Source: Trueperaceae bacterium (GTDB lineage: Bacteria > Deinococcota > Deinococci > Deinococcales > Trueperaceae). From it: a stretch of 64,000 bases of DNA. This document shows positions 40,673-49,165 of this stretch, in pieces; position 1 is the first letter of the stretch; every line of letters starts with the position of its first letter. The stretch covers positions 96,001 to 160,000 of the forward strand of contig OZ243956.1 in NCBI GenBank assembly GCA_965214405.1, given 5' to 3'. The position numbers and the translations under genes are program-made. The notes below the pieces were generated by a model that had not been told where the DNA came from, searched no databases, and worked only from the letters and a program-made list of their open reading frames with translations.

Positions 40673-41234
40673 ACTTCTCCATGAAAAGGTACCTGAGCAA
40701 CAGTCTCACCGTTCTCAGCAGCCTCGTAACAAAACCTCTCATTTTCAGCGTCTTATAGCATTCGGTAAACGCTAGGATTTTCTGGCCACTCGGAGCTAAA
40801 CGGAGCGTCCTTACCAAAATCGGAATGGTCAGAGAATCGCTAAAACCCATGATGTTGGTGACGAGCAACCCTTCCAGAGTTTCCGGTAACGATTCTTCCT
40901 CGAGTTCCACCTCAGCGTGGGCTGTAATAAGCGCCTCTTCCAAACGCTGCTGCCGCGCGGCTTGAAGCATTCCTAGCGCCCACGCGACCTGTTCAACATG
41001 ATTTTTCTCAACTAAAAATAAGGTTTCCGCAGCGCCACCCAAGATGAGCATCCTCGAGCCGGAATCTGACTCTTCGATAGCTTTAGCGAGGATAATAACG
41101 GCTTCCGGTGCTAAATTGCCCTTTACAACTTCTCTCTGCAACGCCTCATCGACGAGTGCAGCATCCTCTCGTTCCTCTTGCCCGAAATACTGTGAGAGCC
41201 CCCCAAACTCTTTAGTTCCAGATAATTTGCTCAC
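40671..41234 (-). CDS. Hypothetical protein (low GC), possibly truncated by the IS
   Basis: 187-aa ORF; consensus promoter directly upstream; stop codon coincides with the IS end. Confidence 0.6.
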   Translation of the reverse strand: MSKLSGTKEFGGLSQYFGQEEREDAALVDEALQREVVKGNLAPEAVIILAKAIEESDSGSRMLILGGAAETLFLVEKNHVEQVAWALGMLQAARQQRLEEALITAHAEVELEEESLPETLEGLLVTNIMGFSDSLTIPILVRTLRLAPSGQKILAFTECYKTLKMRGFVTRLLRTVRLLLRYLFMEK

Positions 41235-41240
41235 GCGTAA

Positions 41241-41269
41241 ACTTTAACAGTGTCTTATAGAGTTGTCAA
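41241..41269 (-). promoter_or_regulatory. Sigma70-type promoter TTGACA-N17-TAAAGT for a leaderless transcript
   Basis: -10 ends 6 nt before GTG at 41234. Confidence 0.65.
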
Positions 41270-41350
41270 CTTTAGAGTTACATATAATTATTTTTTGGAC
41301 TAACAATAACGCCCACACCCAAACAAACTCTGTCTGTTAAAGCATATAGC

Positions 41351-41379
41351 TTGACAAAAACTAAACATAAGTATAAATT
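41351..41379 (+). promoter_or_regulatory. Sigma70-type promoter TTGACA-N17-TAAATT
   Basis: Exact -35 in an AT-rich divergent intergenic region. Confidence 0.55.
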
Positions 41380-41542
41380 AGCAGTTAGTGCTAAGGAGAT
41401 ATATCTCAAGGAGGTAACTAAAGAAGGAGAATATAGAGTCCTTGTTAGCTAACTAGAGGCTGCTCTCAATCTTGGTTAGGAAAAGGAACATGGCTTTCCT
41501 CTCAGTTCGTCCGCGAGTACGAACATTTTAGAAAGGTTACTT

Positions 41543-41944
41543 ATGGCTACAAAAAGTATGACAGGAAGTGCTTCAAATAGGCGGCAGAGGGAGCGGAAAG
41601 CTTCAAAAGTTTCTGTCAAAACCTCAGTTGGTGAACCGGGTAAGCGGACGCGCGTCCCCTCGCCCCAAGAGCTTGTCCTCTTAAAACTCCTTATTGCCGA
41701 CCCCGAGAAGTGGAGCTACGGGTACGAACTGTCTCAACTTCTTGCAGTTGAACATCCAACGGTGTACAACATCCTCATTCGCCTTCACAAGAACGGTTAC
41801 TTGGAAAGTCAGTGGAATATAGAGTCAGAAGGTAGACCCAGACATCAGTACAGACTTACTCCCCAAGGTGTCATGTACGCAGCTCAGCGGTTTGCCAATG
41901 CTCCTTTTGCAACAAGGGAAGAGGCTGAGCGCCTGATTGGCTAA
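41543..41944 (+). CDS. PadR family transcriptional regulator
   Basis: SYGYELSQ...PTVYNILIRLHKNGYLESQW...GRPRHQYRLTPQG. Confidence 0.88.
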   Translation: MATKSMTGSASNRRQRERKASKVSVKTSVGEPGKRTRVPSPQELVLLKLLIADPEKWSYGYELSQLLAVEHPTVYNILIRLHKNGYLESQWNIESEGRPRHQYRLTPQGVMYAAQRFANAPFATREEAERLIG

Positions 41945-42083
41945 ACCTTGAAGGAAAATAGCGATGAAAGTTGCTGGTTTTTCTGTGAGAAATTGCAACC
42001 TTCCGTCCTCAATTTTAGGAGACAAAGCCTTTCGCGTAGGCCAAACATGCGCTTCTTTAGGTTCGCTGTGGGAAAATGGAAAA

Positions 42084-42377
42084 ATGGAAAAAACCCATCC
42101 CGACCCGCTCCCCCACGAACAGCGCCGCGCCCGCCGACCCTTGGGAGCGGAGAAGTTGCGGCGCTCTAAAGACCACCGCCTCGTTGCGGGCGTGCTAGGG
42201 GGTATCGCCGAGTTTGTGAACTCGAGCCCCGCTACGGTGCGCGTTATCTACCTTTTAACGGTGCTTTTCACAGGCGGGCTGATGCTCCTCTCTTACCCGC
42301 TTCTCTGGCTCTTGCTGCCGGGTCCCGAAACGCGTTCTTCACAAGAGGCTCGAGGAACGGACACGTCAGCGCCGTAG
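42084..42377 (+). CDS. PspC domain membrane protein
   Basis: LRRSKDHRLVAGVLGGIAEF...VRV...YPLLWLLLP. Confidence 0.88.
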   Translation: MEKTHPDPLPHEQRRARRPLGAEKLRRSKDHRLVAGVLGGIAEFVNSSPATVRVIYLLTVLFTGGLMLLSYPLLWLLLPGPETRSSQEARGTDTSAP

Positions 42378-42431
42378 ACGCCACTTCTGTATACAGGTAG
42401 AGGTTTCACCGACTAACGATGTTGGGTTGGT

Positions 42432-43208
42432 TTAGCTCGTTTCCAGGACCTCGAGCGCATCCCCCACCCGGAGCGTTCCCCGCCCCTGGTGAAGGTAGTT
42501 GTGACCGAACCACACCTCGTTACCCACCTTGCGGTAACGCGCGAGCGTCTTTAGAGGCTCCTTGCTCGTCTCCGCCGTCGCCTGGTCTACCGTGACGAGC
42601 GCGCAGCGTACGCAGGGGCCGGTGCTGCAAAAGGTCACGGGGCCGATGCGAAACACTTTCCAGCGGTCCTCGGCAAAGGCGTCGCAGCCGCTGACGACGA
42701 GGTTAGGACGAAAGCGGTTCATGGGAACGGGCGCGTCCAAACGCCCGTTGAGGTCTGCCAGAGACGCCTCGGACACGAGGTGAAAGGGGCTGCCGTCGGC
42801 GAAGTTGAGGAGCGTATCGGGGTGATGATTCATGGGGCGTAGCGACGCGTCGGGCATGTAGACGAGGCGGTAAGAGCCTTTCAAAAAGGTGCTAAACCAG
42901 TCCGTCGCTTCCTCTAAAACTACGGCGGGAACGAGTTCACTCCATACATGGGCCGTAAGCCCCTCGACCTCGAGCGGCAGCTCGAGCGCGACCATGCCGG
43001 GCGCGGTGAGCTTCAAACAGTCCCCCAACGCCACCCCGACCTTGGCGAGCGCCGGGTGGGTGCGCTGCGTGACGAGCATCCCTGCATCGTCCACCACCAT
43101 CCAGCGGCGGTCAAACTGAGGGCCGCGCGTCACGACCTCCATCTCTTTAACGGAGATACCTGAGGCCGATTTGATGGGGTACACGTAAAGTTGACTTAGG
43201 ACCGGCAC
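42432..43208 (-). CDS. MOSC domain protein (YcbX/mARC-like)
   Basis: YPIKS, DRRWMVVD, FADG.P, RFRPNLVV, CVRC. Confidence 0.92.
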   Translation of the reverse strand: MPVLSQLYVYPIKSASGISVKEMEVVTRGPQFDRRWMVVDDAGMLVTQRTHPALAKVGVALGDCLKLTAPGMVALELPLEVEGLTAHVWSELVPAVVLEEATDWFSTFLKGSYRLVYMPDASLRPMNHHPDTLLNFADGSPFHLVSEASLADLNGRLDAPVPMNRFRPNLVVSGCDAFAEDRWKVFRIGPVTFCSTGPCVRCALVTVDQATAETSKEPLKTLARYRKVGNEVWFGHNYLHQGRGTLRVGDALEVLETS

Positions 43209-43248
43209 GGTTTACACCTCTCACTTAATGGCCTAACATTCTGGTCTT

Positions 43249-43878
43249 TCAAAGCTGCCGCCCCAGATAAAGGGCGTGCGGATCACCAGAGCCGACCCGC
43301 AGGAGTTCGGTAAAGCCGAGCTTTTTGTAAAAGCCCTCAGCTCGAGTGTTCGTAGAGCTCATCCCCAAATGCACCGCCGAAGAGCCACGTTCGCTCAGAG
43401 TGTCCAGCAGCGTGTGCATGAGCCGCGCGCCCTGCCCCCGGCCCTGGGCACGGGGCAGCAGGTCAATGTGCAGGTGAGACGGGTAAGGACGGAGCGCCGG
43501 GTAAAACGTCGCGTAGCCCGCCTCGAGCGGATGGTGCATGATGTGATAGAGCCGTTCAGTACGGCTCCAGCCCTCCGGGTCGCCCGCGGGGTCGGGAAGG
43601 TCTTGCTGGAGCCTGGGCAACCATTCGCTGAGCAGCGCTTGGTAAAAGGTTTTCGTATCAAACGCGCCCAGGATGTACCCGCAGACGCCCGCCTCGTCCT
43701 CCAACATGAACGCCAATTCAGGCTCGAGGGTCGCGTACGGCCCCGCGTAGAGGTGGCCCAGCGCCTTGGGGTCGTCATACAAGTGCGTGGCGTCCTCGCC
43801 CGAGTCGCCTGTTTTCAAGCAGATATCGTAAACGGCTTCCAAATCTCTGGGTTGATAGGGGCGAAGGGCAAAGCTCAC
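43249..43878 (-). CDS. GNAT acetyltransferase of the O-GlcNAcase-associated type
   Basis: RPYQPRDLEAVYDICLKTG, FMLEDEAGVCGYILG, HLHIDLLPRAQGRGQG, FYKKLGF; GTG start at 43878. Confidence 0.88.
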   Translation of the reverse strand: MSFALRPYQPRDLEAVYDICLKTGDSGEDATHLYDDPKALGHLYAGPYATLEPELAFMLEDEAGVCGYILGAFDTKTFYQALLSEWLPRLQQDLPDPAGDPEGWSRTERLYHIMHHPLEAGYATFYPALRPYPSHLHIDLLPRAQGRGQGARLMHTLLDTLSERGSSAVHLGMSSTNTRAEGFYKKLGFTELLRVGSGDPHALYLGRQL

Positions 43879-44119
43879 CCTTCCTCCAGGGGCAAAAGCC
43901 GCCGGAGCCTGGCAACAAAGCCTGCAACGTGAGTTAGCGACGCCCTTTTGGACGTGCGGAAAGGACTGGGCGAAGGGCTCGAGCCCCGCCGCGCCGCATA
44001 GCCCATCATGGTGTTGAGGCCCACGCCTCCATGGAGGAGAGGAGCTCGAGGCACCTTTCAGCCGTCCAGGGTCTGCTGTAAAAGCCTTTGATGACGCCGT
44101 TGAGAGGGGGTGAGGACAT
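43875..44119 (-). pseudogene. Internally deleted GH84 O-GlcNAcase (beta-N-acetylglucosaminidase) remnant
   Basis: MSSPPLNGVIKGFYSRPWTAERCLELLSSMEAW, frameshift, GLNT, then directly GFVARLRRLLPLEEG* overlapping the GNAT start. Confidence 0.8.
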
Positions 44120-44257
44120 AGCGTCAATATAACAAGACTCGAGGTTATCCAACCTAGATAGCGTTAGGACGCTAGCGCCTAAATGTTCTCTTTAGACGCA
44201 ACGATTTGAAAACACGATTGTGTTTTTGTGAGACGAACGCGCGCAATTCTCGCACAG
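44044..44257. repeat. Diverged ~215-bp direct repeat, copy 1 (GH84 5' end plus upstream region)
   Basis: Aligns by eye with 45113-45329. Confidence 0.9.
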
Positions 44258-44370
44258 AGATATAGACAATTGGTCTGTCGGGACACCATTCTAGTAACGA
44301 AGTTTTGCGCTAAAACAGCATCACATATGATACTATAAACGATTATGGGGTCGTCGGATGTTGACGCATA

Positions 44371-44793
44371 ATGCGGGTGGTGTTCGACATAAACGTGCTG
44401 GTGGCAGGCTTGCGCTCCAAGCGAGGGCTCAGTTATCAGTTGCTCGCCAACCTGACGGCGCTGCCTATCGAACTATGCGTGTCCGTCGTGCTGGTGCTCG
44501 AGTACGAGGCCGTCCTGAAGCGCCCTGACATGGTGCCCCTCACCCACGCACAGATTGATACCTTCCTAGATTTCCTTTGCGCGCACACGCTGCACCCGGC
44601 CATCAACTACCTGTGGCGGCCCTTTTTGGATGACCCTAACGACGACATGCTCCTTGAACTCGCCGCCAACGCAGGCGCCACCATCGTCACTTACAACCTC
44701 AAGGACTTCAGGGGGAGCGAGACCTTAGGCGTCAACGTCATCGACCCCGCCGAATTGGTCCGCACGCTCGTCAAGAAAGGATGGACCCCGTGA
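44371..44793 (+). CDS. PIN domain toxin (VapC-like)
   Basis: RVVFDINVLV, EYEAVL, DPNDDMLLELA, IVTYNLKDF. Confidence 0.9.
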   Translation: MRVVFDINVLVAGLRSKRGLSYQLLANLTALPIELCVSVVLVLEYEAVLKRPDMVPLTHAQIDTFLDFLCAHTLHPAINYLWRPFLDDPNDDMLLELAANAGATIVTYNLKDFRGSETLGVNVIDPAELVRTLVKKGWTP

Positions 44794-45059
44794 GCAGTCT
44801 AAACCTACACCTGCCCGACTATCTCCACAACCATATCCGCGAGCTTGCCAAGCGCGAGGGCGTTTCGATCAATCAGCTCATCACCCTGGCGGTGGCCGAG
44901 AAGGTTTCGGCGCTGGACGCGGCGTCCTACTTGCAAGAGAGGGCGAGCCGGGCTGACGCGGACGCCTACCAAGAGGTATTGAGGGCCGTGCCGGATGTCC
45001 CGGCTGACGAACGTGACACCATACCTGAGGATTTACAGGGCTTATTTAGAAAGTTATAA
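44790..45059 (+). CDS. Ribbon-helix-helix antitoxin (CopG/HicB-like)
   Basis: LNLHLPDYLH..IRELAKREGVSINQLI..AVAEKV; GTGA overlap with the toxin. Confidence 0.85.
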   Translation: MSSLNLHLPDYLHNHIRELAKREGVSINQLITLAVAEKVSALDAASYLQERASRADADAYQEVLRAVPDVPADERDTIPEDLQGLFRKL

Positions 45060-45104
45060 GACTAGCCTTGCAAAACGCCGATGCTGATAAGGGAAATTAT
45101 GACC

Positions 45105-45189
45105 TGTGGGAGGCTCGAGGCGCTGTTCAGCCGTCCAGGGTCTGCCGGTAAAAGCCTTCGATGACGCCGTTGAGAGGGGTCGAGGACAT
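45105..45189 (-). pseudogene. Second GH84 N-terminal fragment
   Basis: MSSTPLNGVIEGFY, 1-nt insertion, GRPWTAEQRLE. Confidence 0.8.
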
Positions 45190-45329
45190 GGTTAGGTCAA
45201 TACACAGGACTCAAGGTTATCCGACCTCAATAAAGTTAGAACGCCAGCTCCTAGTCATTCTCCTTAAACGCAACAGTTTAAAAACACGGTTATGTCTTTG
45301 TGCGGCGAACGCGCGCGTCTCTCGCACAG
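45113..45329. repeat. Diverged ~215-bp direct repeat, copy 2
   Basis: Aligns by eye with 44044-44257. Confidence 0.9.
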
Positions 45330-45367
45330 CAAAATCGCAGACTTGAAAGGCAACAGGTCTGCCCATG

Positions 45368-47734
45368 TCACTCGAATGTGAGCGTCTCCCGCACGGGCAG
45401 CTGCGTCGCTTGTCTGACGGGCCACCAGCACGCGAGCACGGTCAGTGCGGCAGCCAGCAATACCCATAGGCCGACAGCGGTAGGGACAACGACCGTGGGC
45501 ACCTCGACGTGTAACCCGTGCTCGCCGACCAGATACGCCGCCAGGGCGGTGAGCGGCAGGGAGAGGACACCCGCCAGGACCACGCTCACGGTTGCGACTG
45601 ATACGCCCTCGAGCAAGACCACACGCCTTACCGCGCCTCGACTTGCCCCCAGCGCCCGCATAACGCCGATTTCCCTGGTCCGCTCGAGCACGTTCAGGCT
45701 CATGCTCGTCGCCAGCCCGAGCCCGCCGACCAGGAGCGATACGACAGCGATAACGCTCAAAAGGATGAGCAGGATCAGAAAGTGATCGACCATCGAGCTG
45801 CGCAGCACCCTAAGGGTCATCAGAAAGCTTGGGAACCAGCCAGCGCTGATGATCTGCTCTTCTAAGGCGGTTGCGACCCGCGCCTCTTCCCCAGGAACCG
45901 TCCGGACGCGGAGCGCACCCGCGACCTCCTCCTGTCCGAGCAGCACCGTCATGGTTGCAGCGTTGGTATAGAACCCCGGTGGCGACACGTCATCCATCAC
46001 CCCCACGACCTCTACCGGCGTCGCGCGGCCTGCCACCACGAGATTCCGCCGCGCCCCTAGCTCCAGCCCCGGCTCCGCCGCCTGCAGGTTATGGCTCACC
46101 ACCACAGCCCCCTGTTCTTCGGGTTGAGGCCAGCGCCCCTCAGCAACAACGGGGTCAAAGAGTTTTGTGTCAGCGGAAGGGGCCAGCACGCTGTAGCGTC
46201 CTGTGCCGACGAGTTCTCCCGCGTCCTCGAGCCCGACCGTCGCTAGCACGTGGCCCCACGCCTCCGCCTCGACCACGCCGGGCACAGCCCTAGCTCTTTC
46301 CAGGAGCGGCTTGGTCGGGGCGAGCCCGAGGAGCCTAAGGTCGATGTCATCACTACGCGTCGCCAGAGAGGTGTCAACGGCTAGCAGGAGCCCCCGGTAA
46401 ACGTTCGCCGTCGTCATCAACATCGCCCCGCCCAGGGCGAGGGCGGCTAGGGTCAGGCCGGTCCGCCAAGGGCGGCGCAGGCTGTTGCGGAAGGCTAAGG
46501 TGAGGGTGCGGTCAGCGGGGATCAGGGAGAAGGACCGGACCCACGCTCGTCCCATATAAGGTCGTAGTCCGCTGTCCTGGACTGCTTCTCGCACGCTCCG
46601 CCGCGCTGCGCGGATCACCGGACCCGCCGCCGCAAACAGGGGCCAGCCGAGCCCGACGAGGGCGACCACGAGGAAAACCCAGGCGGGCACCGCGAAGCTG
46701 CTGACCCCTAAGTTGAGCTGCCCGGCGGCGAAGCCCGCAAAGGCGCGGGCGAGGAGTGCGCCAAGAGGCAGCCCCACGGCTACCGCGGTGGCGGCGATAA
46801 GGAAGACGAAGGCGAAGTAAAGGGCTACGATCTGCCCCGAGGCCGCCCCCACCGCTTTCATGACCCCGACCTGCCGTACCTGCCGGGCGAGCGTGCCCGC
46901 CATCAGGTTGGCGACCAGGGTGCCGCTAAAGACGAGCGTGGCCGCGCTGAAAAGCTGTAAGAGCAGGATCAACGTCGCCATGTGGTCGGCGTGGGGGTGT
47001 TCTCGCACCGGCACCTCGACCCGCCGGACCTCCCGACCTTGTTCGGTCAGCCAAGCCGTCAGCGTCGCCGCGAGGCGGGTGGCTTCCTCCCGGCCGCTCC
47101 CCTCGGGCAAGAGGACGCGCAGTTCGTCGAGCTGCGGCCCGGTGCCGAGCCGGGCGAGCGTTTCGGGCGTGACATAGATATAGCCCACGTTGTCCTGCCA
47201 ACCCGGAGCCACGCCGGGATCGTGGACGACGCCACTGATCTGCAGCTCGGTGACATCACCCCCCGGCACCCGCAACCGTAACGCCTTGCCGACGTCAACG
47301 TTAAGAACGGGAAGAGCCGAACGCTCCGCCAGGGCGCTCCCCGTCTCAGGAGGCCAAGCGCCGCGCTCAGACCGGAAGGTCGACACGCGTAAGTTGCCGA
47401 AGTCCGGCACGACGAAGACGAGCAGGGTGCGCCAGTCGCCCGGTGCCACCTCCGCGCGAGCCCGGACGACGCGGCGCGCCTCCGCCGCTTCTACGCCAGG
47501 TTGCTCCTCTACACGCGCTGCCAGAGTTTGGTCCGCCGACTCGAGCCACAGCACGATACTCGCTGGCTTTCCGCTCAGGAAGCTCGTTCCGATCTCGCGG
47601 TCGAGGACGACCTGCGCCGAGACCGCGGCCATGAGCGCGGCGGTGCTGACAGCAATAGCGAGGGCGACCAGAAGGGCGCGGACGGGGTTTTCCCGCACGT
47701 CACCCCAGACCTTGCGCAGCCGGGGCGACATCAC
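45368..47734 (-). CDS. FtsX/MacB-like ABC permease (duplicated domain)
   Basis: Two MacB/FtsX halves: RQVGVMKAVGA and ERTREIGVMRALGA. Confidence 0.88.
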   Translation of the reverse strand: MMSPRLRKVWGDVRENPVRALLVALAIAVSTAALMAAVSAQVVLDREIGTSFLSGKPASIVLWLESADQTLAARVEEQPGVEAAEARRVVRARAEVAPGDWRTLLVFVVPDFGNLRVSTFRSERGAWPPETGSALAERSALPVLNVDVGKALRLRVPGGDVTELQISGVVHDPGVAPGWQDNVGYIYVTPETLARLGTGPQLDELRVLLPEGSGREEATRLAATLTAWLTEQGREVRRVEVPVREHPHADHMATLILLLQLFSAATLVFSGTLVANLMAGTLARQVRQVGVMKAVGAASGQIVALYFAFVFLIAATAVAVGLPLGALLARAFAGFAAGQLNLGVSSFAVPAWVFLVVALVGLGWPLFAAAGPVIRAARRSVREAVQDSGLRPYMGRAWVRSFSLIPADRTLTLAFRNSLRRPWRTGLTLAALALGGAMLMTTANVYRGLLLAVDTSLATRSDDIDLRLLGLAPTKPLLERARAVPGVVEAEAWGHVLATVGLEDAGELVGTGRYSVLAPSADTKLFDPVVAEGRWPQPEEQGAVVVSHNLQAAEPGLELGARRNLVVAGRATPVEVVGVMDDVSPPGFYTNAATMTVLLGQEEVAGALRVRTVPGEEARVATALEEQIISAGWFPSFLMTLRVLRSSMVDHFLILLILLSVIAVVSLLVGGLGLATSMSLNVLERTREIGVMRALGASRGAVRRVVLLEGVSVATVSVVLAGVLSLPLTALAAYLVGEHGLHVEVPTVVVPTAVGLWVLLAAALTVLACWWPVRQATQLPVRETLTFE

Positions 47735-48492
47735 CTCACCACCTGTGCGCTCGGCTGCCGAACGACGCGGCCGTCCTCGAGCCGGATGACGCGATCAGCT
47801 TGCCGCGCGATCGACTCGTCGTGGGTCACGACCACGAGCGTTTTGCCTTCGGCAACCAGCACGCCGAACAGCTCAAGGACCGCCCCGGCGGTCGCCGTGT
47901 CGAGGTTGCCTGTGGGCTCGTCGGCCACCAAGATAGGCGGGTCGTTGGCGAGGGCGCGGGCGACGGCCGCCCGCTGCTGCTGCCCGCCGGAGAGCGTGGC
48001 GGGCAGCTTCGCCCCCTGGTCGGCGATGCCGACCGCCTCGAGCAGGCCCTGCGCCCGCCTTTGGCGTTCTCGCCGGGGCACGACCTTGAGGAAGTCCATC
48101 GCCAGCAGGACGTTCTCGAGCACGGTGAGGGTCGGCAGGAGCTGGAAGAACTGGAACACCACCCCGACGTTGCAGCCCCGCCAGCGGGCGAGGGCGTCCT
48201 CGCCGAGGCCGCGCAGTGAGGTCCCGGCGACGGAGACCTCCCCCAAGGTCGGGCGGTCGAGCCCGGCAATGAGGTTGAGCAGTGTCGACTTGCCGCTGCC
48301 CGAACGCCCCAACACGGCGATCAGCTCGCCGGGCGCGACGGCCATACTGACCTCCTTCAAGGCGGTATAAATTTGGCCCGACGGGAGCTTGTAAGCTTTG
48401 GTCACGGCTGTGAGGTATAAGAGGGGCTCGAGGGGGGCGCCGAGGGCGTCGGTTATCACTTCGGGCTGCGCTTCTGTCTTGAGGTTAACCAC
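47731..48492 (-). CDS. LolD/MacB-type ABC ATPase
   Basis: GRSGSGKST, LSGGQQQR, ADEPTGNLD, VTHD. Confidence 0.95.
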   Translation of the reverse strand: MVNLKTEAQPEVITDALGAPLEPLLYLTAVTKAYKLPSGQIYTALKEVSMAVAPGELIAVLGRSGSGKSTLLNLIAGLDRPTLGEVSVAGTSLRGLGEDALARWRGCNVGVVFQFFQLLPTLTVLENVLLAMDFLKVVPRRERQRRAQGLLEAVGIADQGAKLPATLSGGQQQRAAVARALANDPPILVADEPTGNLDTATAGAVLELFGVLVAEGKTLVVVTHDESIARQADRVIRLEDGRVVRQPSAQVVR

Positions 48493-49081
48493 GCCCTACC
48501 TCGTGTTTGCCGGGGGTCCATCCCTGAACCCCCAAGTGCTGCTGAGCGAAGTTGTATGGGTCGGGCTCGAGCGCCGTCGCGAACGTATCGTTCCAGCGGT
48601 TGAGAAAGCCCATCAAGGCGACCGTACCGACGATGTCCACAATCTGTCCCTCGTTGAAGTGTTGCTTCAGGTCGTCGAAGTGCCCCGCGGTCACTGCGTT
48701 GGGCAAAACCGAGGCGTCGCGGGCGAGCCGCAACGCGGCACGTTCCGCTTCTGAAAAGCGGGCGTCCGTCTCGAAGTCCCAAGCGGCGGCGATCTTCGCC
48801 GGGTCAACCCCGGCAACCGAAGCCTGGCGCGCCCCGTGTGCTTGGCAGTAGCGGCAACCGGCGGCGGTGCTCGCGACCTGCACCACAAGCGTCCGCAGGG
48901 TGGGCTCAATACCACCTCGGATGACGGCGTGGGCGAGCCCTAAAAAACCGCGCACGAGTTCGGGGCGGTGCGCCATCGTGTAGACGGTGTTGGGGACGAA
49001 GCCGAACGAGGCGTAAGCCTGCTTCGCTAAAGGTTCAAGGTCGCCGAGTTGGCCCGGCGGAACGGGTTTGATATAGCTCAT
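48485..49081 (-). CDS. AhpD/carboxymuconolactone decarboxylase family protein
   Basis: GFVPN, CRYCQAH, FSEAERAAL, FLNRWND; GGAGG RBS before ATG 49081. Confidence 0.88.
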   Translation of the reverse strand: MSYIKPVPPGQLGDLEPLAKQAYASFGFVPNTVYTMAHRPELVRGFLGLAHAVIRGGIEPTLRTLVVQVASTAAGCRYCQAHGARQASVAGVDPAKIAAAWDFETDARFSEAERAALRLARDASVLPNAVTAGHFDDLKQHFNEGQIVDIVGTVALMGFLNRWNDTFATALEPDPYNFAQQHLGVQGWTPGKHEVGRG

Positions 49082-49165
49082 GAAAACCTCCCAGAAGGAG
49101 CAGACGGTCGGTTTGTGCGCCAACCTCATCTGCCCCTTCTTTAGTTTTCTGCTATGCTGCGTGAA

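Noticed and set aside
43879..44127. 83-aa N-terminal extension of the GNAT ORF
   Set aside because: Chance open frame across the GH84 pseudogene
44044..44257. Direct repeats as an ncRNA, riboswitch or integron attC
   Set aside because: The best-conserved part translates to the GH84 N-terminus; no attC core sites or integrase seen
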